Assembly (NCBI GenBank): GCA_947502595.1
Contig: CANNAM010000008.1
Span: 37,473-101,472, forward strand
Direction: 5' to 3'
Length of the DNA: 64,000 bases
DNA from: an uncultured Marinicella sp.
GTDB taxonomy: Bacteria; Pseudomonadota; Gammaproteobacteria; Xanthomonadales; Marinicellaceae
In this document: one piece after another, positions 52,179 through 60,820 of the stretch
Layout: the number at the start of each line of letters is the position of its first letter
Numbering within the stretch: position 1 is the first letter of the stretch
The notes under the pieces: generated by a model
The model's input: the letters and a program-made list of their open reading frames with translations, nothing else
Databases searched by the model: none
Told to the model about the DNA's origin: nothing
Translations under genes and position numbers: made by a program

Positions 52179-54007
52179 TATTTGATATCCACATACCGCA
52201 GGTGAAAACCGCCAACTATTTCACGGTCAGGGAATGTGATGACATTTTTGTGCCATAAATTAATTTTATTGCGGGCCAAGCCTGAAATTACCACGCAGTC
52301 ATCTATCACCATTTGGTTCATTTGTTGGTAAATGACTGTGCGTTCGGGTGAAGGTTGCATCACTGCAGATTGTTCATACAAGGCATCATAAGCTGGATTT
52401 ATGTAATTGAAGTTATTTGAGCCTGGCGTTTGGTTGGGTCCGTAAAACAGTTGTAAGGTGTTTTCAGCATCTGGGTAATCTAGAGTCCAGCCAAGGAAGA
52501 AAAATTGAGCTTGACGATTTTTAATGGCACGATTGAAATTGCCAAAACTGGGGTAAGGGTGGTAATTAACTTTTTGATTGGAATAGCCGATTTGAGTCAG
52601 AAATCCACGCATTTGTTCAAAAAATTGTTTTTGTAACACACTACCAGTCACGTGGTATTCAAAACTGGGTAAATTGGCTGCTGTGAACTGATGGGCTGCC
52701 AATAATTGCTGAGCTGATTGGATGTCGGTGGTAATAGATGCCTTGCTCAAGTCAGGATCATACTCAGGCACGCTGGGTGGAATGATGCCAGGGAATACTG
52801 TACCTAGTCCGAAATAAAATGCCTGGTTTTTTTGTTGCCAGTCATGTGCCATACGGATAGCGCAACGCAATGCTTTACTTTTGCTGTCATGTTCAGGGTC
52901 TCCATTTAGTCCAAACACGGGATCGGCCATATTAAATCCATGGTACACAAACCCAGCCTCCATGCCGTAACTGTGGTGGTAATTGTTGCTGATTTGTGGA
53001 TGCAACTTAATCGGCTCATTACTCATCAGTACGGTGTTTTGTTTGTCTTTTGGGACGGTGGTGTATTGTATTTCATTGCCTTTGGTGAAGGATTGCCAGC
53101 GTGAGGCAGATTCATTGATGAAATGTACTTCAAGTTGGTCAATGAATGGTGGGGATTTACCTTGCAAGGTGTTGATTCCATATTGCTGATGAAGGTTTTC
53201 TGAATAACCTTCACTGTTCAAGTCTAAGGGTTCTTGACGAAATGCAGGGTTGCGAGATAAGTAAGCAGCTGCTGAGTCAAATTGATCCAAAATAAATGGG
53301 CCGGAGCCAACGGGTTGGGAGCCAAACTCTGGGCCTAATGACTCAACCACTTCACGCGGTGTAATGGCAGCAAAGCCCATGGCCAACGAATAAATGAATT
53401 GTGGGTAAGGCTGCGTCAAGGTGATTTGAATGGTGTAGTCGTCTGTAGCCAATAACCCTGGAACTGGCTGGTCATATATAGCACCTGCTTGTTTCCACTG
53501 GTCTAGCCCGATGATTTTATTTTGCCAAAGCCAAGCGCCAGTAGCGGCATTCTCAGGGTCAAAAGTGCGTTTAATCGAATAAACAAAATCTTCAGCTGTA
53601 ACTTCTCTGCCCTGTCCATTTTGAAATGCAGGGTGGTTGTGGAAGTGTACACCAGGTTTTAATTCGATGGTGTAAACCAAACCATCACTGCTGATGGTCG
53701 GCATGTCTTTGGCTAAGTTGGGCTTCAATTGATAAGGTCGTGCCAGGTATTGGTAACTGTACAAAGTATCAAAAATGTTTACCACCAGCATGTTGCTGTA
53801 TACAGATGAGGATTTAATAGGGTCTAAACTGGTTGGTTTGCCATCAATAGAATGTCGATAGACTTTCTTGCCATCAACAATCGAAGAGGCACCTTGTGGA
53901 GGGTTGTTGCTCTCGTCAGATTGACAGGAGAATAGAACAGTTGTAGCGACTGTAAAGAAGCAAATTTTAAAGTATTTCAGCATGGTCGAGACTTTTTTAC
54001 TGGACAA
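52178..54007 (-). CDS. Family-5 (peptide/nickel) ABC substrate-binding lipoprotein
   Basis: 609 aa. Lipobox LFSC. The start is 54007 or ATG 53983. Typical family-5 SBP length and 1-nt overlap with the permease gene. Confidence 0.8.
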   Translation of the reverse strand: MSSKKVSTMLKYFKICFFTVATTVLFSCQSDESNNPPQGASSIVDGKKVYRHSIDGKPTSLDPIKSSSVYSNMLVVNIFDTLYSYQYLARPYQLKPNLAKDMPTISSDGLVYTIELKPGVHFHNHPAFQNGQGREVTAEDFVYSIKRTFDPENAATGAWLWQNKIIGLDQWKQAGAIYDQPVPGLLATDDYTIQITLTQPYPQFIYSLAMGFAAITPREVVESLGPEFGSQPVGSGPFILDQFDSAAAYLSRNPAFRQEPLDLNSEGYSENLHQQYGINTLQGKSPPFIDQLEVHFINESASRWQSFTKGNEIQYTTVPKDKQNTVLMSNEPIKLHPQISNNYHHSYGMEAGFVYHGFNMADPVFGLNGDPEHDSKSKALRCAIRMAHDWQQKNQAFYFGLGTVFPGIIPPSVPEYDPDLSKASITTDIQSAQQLLAAHQFTAANLPSFEYHVTGSVLQKQFFEQMRGFLTQIGYSNQKVNYHPYPSFGNFNRAIKNRQAQFFFLGWTLDYPDAENTLQLFYGPNQTPGSNNFNYINPAYDALYEQSAVMQPSPERTVIYQQMNQMVIDDCVVISGLARNKINLWHKNVITFPDREIVGGFHLRYVDIK

Positions 54008-54046
54008 TTATTATAACTGCTGAAAATGCTGTGGTAAACTGAAGTT

Positions 54047-54361
54047 ATGCATGAAAAAAAGTCTCAATTCGATTCATTTAAAGCGTTTTACCCCTATTAT
54101 TTGGCAGAGCACAGCAACCTCATATGCCGCCGTTTACATGTGGTTGGATCTATTTTGGTTGTTTTGTTGGTGGGATTCACAGTGTTGACTCAGCAGTGGT
54201 ATTGGTTGTGGCTGGTTCCCGTTATTGGCTATGGCTTTGCCTGGGTGGGTCATTTCTTTTTTGAGAAAAACAGACCTGCTACATTCACTCATCCTCTGTA
54301 TAGTTTAGCCGGTGACTGGGTGATGTTTTGGCAAGTGATTACTGGAAAAATAAAATTTTGA
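54047..54361 (+). CDS. DUF962 (Mpo1-like) membrane protein
   Basis: 104 aa with FYPYYLAEHSN..CRRLHVVG and two TM helices. Confidence 0.6.
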   Translation: MHEKKSQFDSFKAFYPYYLAEHSNLICRRLHVVGSILVVLLVGFTVLTQQWYWLWLVPVIGYGFAWVGHFFFEKNRPATFTHPLYSLAGDWVMFWQVITGKIKF

Positions 54362-54393
54362 TTGGTCAAATATAATCGACTCTGAAACTGCTT

Positions 54394-55245
54394 TCAGCCA
54401 TCAGTCGACGACAACCATTGTCCTGAAGTAACCCGCTCATTGCCACCCAAATCTTGCTGTGTTTGTACATGAATAAATCCGGCACGGCGTAAAATTTGTT
54501 GCACAGCTGATTTTTGCTGCCATCCATGCTCGAACAGCAACCAGCCATGAGGTTTTAAATAGGCGGCAGCCTGCTCGGTTATTTGTTTGAAGTCCGCTAA
54601 ACCATTATCGGCAGCAACCAAGGCGCTGAATGGTTCATGTTTTAAAGCCGCTAGATGCTCATCGTTTTCAGCAATATAAGGTGGATTGCTGACAATCAAA
54701 TCGAATTTAAGTGCGGGCACATGACTGAACCAATTTGATTGTATAAAGGTGGTATTGTTTACCGCATTGAGCTTTGCGTTTATGCTGGCCACTTCCAGGG
54801 CTTGGGCTGATTGGTCAACAGCAATGACCTCGGCGGCTGGGTACAGGCGACCTAAAGCCAAAGCCAAAGCACCGCTGCCAGTACCCAAATCCAGTATACT
54901 TTTGGCTGGTGTTCGACTGAATAATTTAATTGCGACTTCAAGCAATATTTCGGTGTCTGGTCTTGGTATCAGTGTTTGCTGGTTAACTTTCAGGGTTAAA
55001 TCCCAAAAATTTTGTTCGCCAGTAATGTAGGCCAAAGGCAAACCATCCTTTAAAGCGGTTAACCATTGATCTAATTGTTCAATTTGAGCTGTTGAAAGGT
55101 TGTGGTCTGAATGGCTGTATAACCAGGCGTTGTTTTTTTTCAGCAGGAATGCCAACAACTGCCTGAGCACAGAATCATTTATAGGTTGTTGATATGAATT
55201 GATATGGCCGCGGTTGTTTGCCAGCCAATCTTGTATGTTTTGCAA
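54394..55245 (-). CDS. prmC: Release-factor glutamine N5-methyltransferase
   Basis: 283 aa with ILDLGTGSGALAL SAM motif, VSNPPYI catalytic motif and PRPDTE. Confidence 0.9.
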   Translation of the reverse strand: MQNIQDWLANNRGHINSYQQPINDSVLRQLLAFLLKKNNAWLYSHSDHNLSTAQIEQLDQWLTALKDGLPLAYITGEQNFWDLTLKVNQQTLIPRPDTEILLEVAIKLFSRTPAKSILDLGTGSGALALALGRLYPAAEVIAVDQSAQALEVASINAKLNAVNNTTFIQSNWFSHVPALKFDLIVSNPPYIAENDEHLAALKHEPFSALVAADNGLADFKQITEQAAAYLKPHGWLLFEHGWQQKSAVQQILRRAGFIHVQTQQDLGGNERVTSGQWLSSTDG

Positions 55246-55266
55246 GAAATTAACTGTTAAGTTGAT

Positions 55267-55785
55267 TTACCCGAAACTGGCATTGAACAGACTGTCTTGT
55301 TCAGTTTGCTTGGCGCCACCATCAAATCCAGCACGGCTCAATCGATCGGCATCTAGGTCAAACTGTATGGCGTTGATGACATCGCTTTGTTGAGGGTTTG
55401 AATCAGATATATAAGTGGCTTGCTGGGTGCTGAACTGGGTTGCTACAGGTAAAGCAATGGCGAATGCAAAGGCAAAGGCCAATGTAGCAAAAGTTGTTTT
55501 TAATGGTGAGTTCATGCCCAAGAAGCTGAACCAAGATTGTTGGCTGTTGGCTATTGATTTGGCCATTACATGACTCCAGTCTTTCATGGCCAGCGCAGCT
55601 TTCATGGCTTGCGCGCTGCTGTGGTCGTTAAGTATATTCTCAACATGATGTAATCGATTTGCAGAGGCAGCTGTGGCAGATAAACAATCACTGGCATTGC
55701 TACTGGCCAGGTGTTTTTTGCTGTTGTTTTGAAATAAATCAGCCAATTGTGCTTCAGTTAATTTTATCTCTGTAGGTTTCATCAT
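55267..55785 (-). CDS. Single-pass membrane protein, putative anti-sigma factor
   Basis: 172 aa. One TM helix (TTFATLAFAFAFAIALPVA) and no ZAS motif. 24 nt downstream of the ECF sigma gene. Ends DSLFNASFG. Confidence 0.45.
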   Translation of the reverse strand: MMKPTEIKLTEAQLADLFQNNSKKHLASSNASDCLSATAASANRLHHVENILNDHSSAQAMKAALAMKDWSHVMAKSIANSQQSWFSFLGMNSPLKTTFATLAFAFAFAIALPVATQFSTQQATYISDSNPQQSDVINAIQFDLDADRLSRAGFDGGAKQTEQDSLFNASFG

Positions 55786-55809
55786 TTGCTTATCTCTTTC
55801 AGTTTTCTA

Positions 55810-56358
55810 TCAATCGACGTTGTAGTCAATATTCAAATCTTTTAATTTTTCTTTTAAAGCTGCCATGGCTCGTTTGGATAAATTTTCAGCTTTATAAAAA
55901 GGCCAGCCGGTTAACTCTGACATTTCCTTTACTGAGTAACCTTGTAAACGCAGTTTAACGGCAACTCGACGGCTTTCTGGCAGTGATTCAATGGCTTCCA
56001 ATACCTTCTGCTGTATTTCTCGATCTTGCATAATGCGATCGGGTTCAGCTTCTTGGCTGATCAGGTCAGCTTGATATGATTCACTTTCATGGTCTTGACC
56101 AGGTAATGTGACATCTTGTAAATGTCTTTTATGTTTCCTGGCTAAATCAATGATTACATTTGCCGCTGTTCTGTATATATATGACGAAAGGTTTTCTATT
56201 TCTCGGTCACTTTCTAAGATTTTAATTAAACGAATGGAGACTTCTTGGTAGACGTCATCAGCAGTGACGCCATGAATTTGTACGTTTTGGCTGTATACAG
56301 CTTTTTCGATCAAATGTTGGTGTTGGTGAAAAATTTTCTCAAGTTTTTTTCTGTTCAC
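55810..56358 (-). CDS. ECF-type RNA polymerase sigma-70 family factor
   Basis: 182 aa. Region 2 (DDVYQEVSIRLIK...YIYRTAANVIID) and region 4 HTH (YSVKEMSELTGWPFYKAENLSKRA). GTG start. Confidence 0.85.
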   Translation of the reverse strand: MNRKKLEKIFHQHQHLIEKAVYSQNVQIHGVTADDVYQEVSIRLIKILESDREIENLSSYIYRTAANVIIDLARKHKRHLQDVTLPGQDHESESYQADLISQEAEPDRIMQDREIQQKVLEAIESLPESRRVAVKLRLQGYSVKEMSELTGWPFYKAENLSKRAMAALKEKLKDLNIDYNVD

Positions 56359-57925
56359 AATGTTCCCAAGCGTCTAGGAAAGATAATATCACTCCCTTGG
56401 TGTTCAATAGGCCGTGCTGCTTAGCATATTGTAGCGCGGTAAACCCAGAGTTGTTGACGATTTTTGGGTTGCTACCTAATTTCAGTGCTTCGTGTGCAAT
56501 GTTGGCAATGTGGCTGTCATCGACTGAGTAGTTTTTACTTTTAATGGCCCCACACAATAGATGCAATGCAGTGTTGCCTTGTTGGTTTTGGCTGTTGATA
56601 TCTAATTCATACTGATGAATTAAGCGCAAGGTGTTTTTGGCTTTTGCGGTATTAGAATAGTATTCGGCAGCTATGGCTACATGGTGGTACAGGCACATAC
56701 CGTTGTCGTCGGTGGTGTTGATGTCAGCTCCAGCACTTAATAACATACTGACGCAGGCCTCATTCCATTGTGTTGCAGCCAAAGATAAATACGGGTAGTT
56801 GCCTGGCCCTGTGCCATTGGGGTGTGCACCATGGTTCAGCAGCAAACCCACCAATGCCCTGGAGTTGCTGATGATTGCACTTGAAAGCGGGGTGCTGCCG
56901 TTGTCTGAGCGGTGTTCTACATTGGCATTGTTTTGAATTAAATATGAAGCCACAGCTCGGTGGCCTTTACCGGCAGCATGGATTAAGCCCGTACAGCCTT
57001 TGTTGTCTGTGAGGTCGACAGGGACGCCTTTGACCTTCATTTGATTCAAACGACCCAGGTTGCCTTCAGCTATGGCAGCAAACCACAGTTGTTGATTGGG
57101 TTCGTTAGTGGGTGCTTTACGCGCTGAATGCACCCTTTCTTTGAACAACGATGCAGTGGGTTTTTGCTGGTGAGTTACTTGTGATTTTTTAGGTTGCTCA
57201 GTTGCAAATAAAGGCAATTCTATTTGCTTGTCGGCTTCAATCTTTTGAATGAATAGCTTGAAAATTGCAGGGTGTTTTTTTTCTGCCAAGCTGTAAGCTG
57301 ATTTTAGTTGTTTGTTTTTACTGGTGCAATCTACACCATGTTCTAATAAAGCTTTGATAATACGTAGGTTAGGTGCATTGTGTTGTACAGCAACCAACAG
57401 TGCATTATCACCTTCTGAGTTTTGATGGTGTACATCAACGCCATGCTGCAATAGCAACTCCAGTATCGGGCTGGATTGGCTGAGTATGGCATCTAAATAT
57501 GCATTCATGCCTGCGTGGTCTGTGGTGGCAATGTTGTGTTGCCCAGCCAATAAGTATTTGACCTTTTTTTCATGCCCAAGTAAGCAAGCGGTCATCAGTG
57601 CAGTCCTGCCATTTTTATCCACTACATCTAAATCACCGGTGTGCGCAAACACCAGTTCCAGTCCTTGGGTCATGTCTTTTTTATATTGGGTGGCAGCGAT
57701 TAAAGGCGGGGCTATGGGTTTGTTTGGGATAATCTGCTGCGCCAATAAGTGCTTGGCGATTTTCCAACGACCATTTTTTAGCGCCACATTCAGCGGTAAA
57801 AAATCAGGGTGGTTGATGTCGTTAATATCGATGCCTGTTTCAATCAATGCAAGCAGTTGATTGAGTTGGCCTTGTCGACAACAATTCAATATTTGTTTGG
57901 CTGCACTAGATAACTGATGATTCAC
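56339..57925 (-). CDS. Ankyrin-repeat protein, two repeat blocks, no signal peptide
   Basis: 528 aa with multiple ANK repeats (GRTALMTACLLGHEKKVKYLL, GDNALLVAVQH, GCTGLIHAAGKGHRAVASYLI, GSTPLSSAI, GNTALHLLC, GFTALQYA). 20-nt overlap with the sigma gene. Confidence 0.85.
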   Translation of the reverse strand: MNHQLSSAAKQILNCCRQGQLNQLLALIETGIDINDINHPDFLPLNVALKNGRWKIAKHLLAQQIIPNKPIAPPLIAATQYKKDMTQGLELVFAHTGDLDVVDKNGRTALMTACLLGHEKKVKYLLAGQHNIATTDHAGMNAYLDAILSQSSPILELLLQHGVDVHHQNSEGDNALLVAVQHNAPNLRIIKALLEHGVDCTSKNKQLKSAYSLAEKKHPAIFKLFIQKIEADKQIELPLFATEQPKKSQVTHQQKPTASLFKERVHSARKAPTNEPNQQLWFAAIAEGNLGRLNQMKVKGVPVDLTDNKGCTGLIHAAGKGHRAVASYLIQNNANVEHRSDNGSTPLSSAIISNSRALVGLLLNHGAHPNGTGPGNYPYLSLAATQWNEACVSMLLSAGADINTTDDNGMCLYHHVAIAAEYYSNTAKAKNTLRLIHQYELDINSQNQQGNTALHLLCGAIKSKNYSVDDSHIANIAHEALKLGSNPKIVNNSGFTALQYAKQHGLLNTKGVILSFLDAWEHCEQKKT

Positions 57926-58030
57926 TTTAATATAACACCTATATGGTATGTAATTATGGGTGAATTCATGCGGCAGTTACTTGTATCGTAAAGCTTTAAG
58001 TCCATCTAATCCACTGTATTTGCCAAGCGT

Positions 58031-59323
58031 TTAATTGAAGGTTAAAGTTGCCGATAACCCTGTGGTGTTGTTGCGTTTAATTTCAATTTTCCAATTATAC
58101 AGGTCGCACAGTCTTTTGACGATAGCTAATCCCAATCCTGAGCCTTTGCTGTTGGGTTTACCTACACGGTAGTGCCGGTCAAATAACTTAGGCAGTTCCG
58201 ATTCGGTTACACCCACACCTTCATCCTCAACAGTGATGCTGTTTTTATTGATGATGATATGAACGGTGCCTTCCGTGGTGTATTTAATTGCATTGCCAAT
58301 CAAATTGCTTAAAACCACTGACACCACTGATTCAGGTGCTTTGACTTGTAACCAGTCATTTTCAGTGATTTTTGTTTTAACTGGTTTTAATTTCAGTGTT
58401 GGCGCAAACCCTTCGATGATATTTTGGATGATCAATCCAGGCTGGGTTCTTTCATGTCCTGGTTGTTCTTTGCGTTCCTCTCTGGCCAACAGCAACAGTG
58501 TTTCGGTCAGTTCAGTCGATTGTTTGGTGGCACGTTCTATGCGGTTGATGCGGTCCAATTCTTTCTGGGTAATATTAGGGTCGGATTTAATCAGTTCAAC
58601 AGTGCTTCGAATAACGGTTAATGGGGTTCGCAGTTCATGACTGACATCGGCATTGAACTCCTTGTCACGAATCACGTAGTCTGTAAGTCTCTGTGCATAG
58701 GCATCCAAGGCTTTAGCGACCTGTCCCACTTCATCGTCATGAAAATCCGGAGTCAGTGGCTCAAGGTGGGTGTCAGTTGTAAGGTTTTCGAGTTTTGCGG
58801 CTAATTTACTCAATGGTTTTAAGGCTTTTTTAGACACATAAAGCGCCAATAAATAAGCCAATAGCAAAAATGCCAAAAACATTACCGTAAAAACAAGTAC
58901 CAAGGATTGCGAGCTGTTATCAATATGACTGATGTCATTTTTAATGAAGCCCCACACCGGTTGGTTGTTGACTTGATGTCGCTTGTTTACAGCCACAATA
59001 AAAGTTTTACCAGCTTCATTCAGTACGTGGGTGCCTTCGCTTAATTCGCCATAATGTAGGGGTAGCACTAAATGAAATTTATTTGGAGTGGTGATAAAAG
59101 CTTCAATATTGGTGGAAACCTGTTCTTCGCTGACTAAGCCAGGGTTAGAACTGAGTTTCAGCATATAGCTGTCTAAATCTTCCTGAATGGTCTGCGCAAT
59201 GAAATCATTTTGAAGCCGTTGTCGGATGCTCAGTGAACTGATGGCGAACAGCATGGTTAAGAGGGTACTGAAAGCCAGAAATCCGATGATTATCCGGCTT
59301 TTTATGCTACTCCGAAAGTTCAT
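58031..59323 (-). CDS. Two-component sensor histidine kinase
   Basis: Two TM helices flanking a ~110-aa periplasmic segment, HAMP, H-box SHELRTPL, and N/G boxes (NLIGNAIKY, GSGLGLAIV). ATG 59323 is preferred; the ORF opening at 59392 would overlap the regulator by 86 nt. Confidence 0.9.
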   Translation of the reverse strand: MNFRSSIKSRIIIGFLAFSTLLTMLFAISSLSIRQRLQNDFIAQTIQEDLDSYMLKLSSNPGLVSEEQVSTNIEAFITTPNKFHLVLPLHYGELSEGTHVLNEAGKTFIVAVNKRHQVNNQPVWGFIKNDISHIDNSSQSLVLVFTVMFLAFLLLAYLLALYVSKKALKPLSKLAAKLENLTTDTHLEPLTPDFHDDEVGQVAKALDAYAQRLTDYVIRDKEFNADVSHELRTPLTVIRSTVELIKSDPNITQKELDRINRIERATKQSTELTETLLLLAREERKEQPGHERTQPGLIIQNIIEGFAPTLKLKPVKTKITENDWLQVKAPESVVSVVLSNLIGNAIKYTTEGTVHIIINKNSITVEDEGVGVTESELPKLFDRHYRVGKPNSKGSGLGLAIVKRLCDLYNWKIEIKRNNTTGLSATLTFN

Positions 59324-59993
59324 CCGGGTCTGAAATATGGTACCCAATACCGTGTCTGGTATGGATGAGGTTCTTTTCAAAAGGTTTGTCAATGGTGGTT
59401 CTTAAGCCGTGGATGTGTACGCGCAAAGAGTCTGAGTCTGGCATTTCTTCACCCCAAACTTTAACCTCAAGTTCTTCTCTTGGTACCACATAAGGGCTGG
59501 ATTCCATTAAAATTTGTAACAATTTCAAACCAGTGGGGTTCATCTTGATGGGCTGTCCAGCACGTTTGACAGTTAAACTGTCTAAGTTATATTCTAAATC
59601 TGCTACGGTAAGTTTTCGATTCAGGTTTTGTTTTTTGCGGTTGCCTAGTACCGTAACTCTGGCTTCAAGTTCTTGTAAAGCAAATGGTTTTACCATGTAA
59701 TCATCTGCGCCAAACTCAAAACCCTCAAGTTTCTGTTCCAGTGTATCACGTGCGGTTAACATAATGATAGGGGTGTTTTTCTTGGCATCTTTACGCAGCT
59801 TTTTACACAAATCAAGGCCATCCATTCCTGGCAGCATTAAATCCAATACAATGACATCAAAGTCATTGGTTACTGCCAAGTGTAAGCCGGTTACGCCATC
59901 TCCTGCGTAATCTACAATATGGTCTCGGTCTTCGAAATAATCGACAATGTTCGCAGCAATGTCGGTGTTATCTTCAACAACTAATATTTTCAT
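59307..59993 (-). CDS. OmpR/PhoB-family response regulator
   Basis: Receiver domain (DVIVLDLMLPGMDG) and winged-helix output (LTVKRAGQPIKMNPTGLKLLQ...IHTRHGIGY). Confidence 0.93.
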   Translation of the reverse strand: MKILVVEDNTDIAANIVDYFEDRDHIVDYAGDGVTGLHLAVTNDFDVIVLDLMLPGMDGLDLCKKLRKDAKKNTPIIMLTARDTLEQKLEGFEFGADDYMVKPFALQELEARVTVLGNRKKQNLNRKLTVADLEYNLDSLTVKRAGQPIKMNPTGLKLLQILMESSPYVVPREELEVKVWGEEMPDSDSLRVHIHGLRTTIDKPFEKNLIHTRHGIGYHISDPDELSE

Positions 59994-60030
59994 GGTATTT
60001 CTGTCTCGGTGGTGGTGTTTTCAATGGGAT

Positions 60031-60063
60031 AAAAAAACCCAAGGAGTTGGTGAACGCCTTGGG
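60031..60063 (-). terminator. Intrinsic-terminator-like hairpin 38 nt upstream of the response-regulator start codon
   Basis: Minus strand reads CCCAAGG-N12-CCTTGGG followed by T7. No CDS on that strand lies upstream of it. Confidence 0.5.
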
Positions 60064-60231
60064 AAATGTTAGATGCCCGGACAATAGTCAAATTCATTTG
60101 GAGAACATTGACGTTGGATTCATCTTACTAACATTTCTGTTAAAACTTCGTTAAGTGAAAATTAATTGATTGTAAAACAATGGCAGGATTCTTGGTAGTT
60201 AAGAATTAATTGCTGCGAGTTTGGTAGAATC

Positions 60232-60240
60232 CATGCTTTG
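60232..60240 (+). promoter_or_regulatory. Candidate extended -10 promoter for the exosortase-like gene
   Basis: TGGTAGAAT (TGn plus TAGAAT) 22 nt upstream of ATG 60263. No good -35 box or Shine-Dalgarno seen. Confidence 0.3.
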
Positions 60241-60262
60241 TTGACGTATATTGCATAAACCT

Positions 60263-60805
60263 ATGTTGAGATTTTCGTTGTTGTTTCTGACCTTAATAGT
60301 TGGCTTATTCTTGCTAGAAATATATGAGCCGGTCAGGCAAGCAATCATTCTGCCATTCACTGGCTTGATTGCCAGTTCCAGCTCTTGGTTGATGCAAATT
60401 TTTGACTCCAATGTCATCGCCAATGGTGATGTGATTCGCGATGCCATTACTGGTGATGCCATACAAATAGCCCCGGGTTGTAATGGGGTTGAAGCAATGA
60501 TTATATTGCTTGCTGCCATCATCGCGTTTCCTGCGCCTTTGCTTTATAAATTGAAAGGTTTATTCTGGGGGTTTCTGGCAATTCAAGCCTTGAATATGGT
60601 CAGGATCATTTCATTGTTTTATTTGTTGCAGTGGGATCAAGTGTGGTTTGAGTGGTTTCACTTGTACCTATGGCAAGCACTGATAATTCTTGATGCTCTG
60701 GTGGTGTGGTTGATCTGGTTGCGCTATTTGCCTAAACCTCAAAGCAGCACAAGTAATAAAGAAACACTGGATGCAGCTTATGCTGTCAATGAAACTGACC
60801 ATTAA
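60263..60805 (+). CDS. xrtH: Small exosortase-family protein, exosortase H (XrtH)-like
   Basis: About 180 aa and polytopic. Conserved Cys in APGCNGVEAMIILLAAIIAFPAP, Arg in NMVRIISLFY, His in WFHLYLWQALI. Matches my recollection of XrtH sequences; not verified by search. Confidence 0.6.
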   Translation: MLRFSLLFLTLIVGLFLLEIYEPVRQAIILPFTGLIASSSSWLMQIFDSNVIANGDVIRDAITGDAIQIAPGCNGVEAMIILLAAIIAFPAPLLYKLKGLFWGFLAIQALNMVRIISLFYLLQWDQVWFEWFHLYLWQALIILDALVVWLIWLRYLPKPQSSTSNKETLDAAYAVNETDH

Positions 60806-60820
60806 TCAGCTGATATAGAC

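Noticed and set aside
59324-59392. Histidine kinase start at 59392, an 86-nt overlap with the response regulator.
   Set aside because: ATG 59323 gives a normal short cytoplasmic N-terminus before TM1 and a typical 17-nt overlap.
60199-60522. A 107-aa minus-strand ORF that could be the gene ended by the hairpin at 60031-60063.
   Set aside because: It is antisense to the conserved core of the exosortase-like gene, and is low-complexity with no motifs. It is more likely a shadow ORF.
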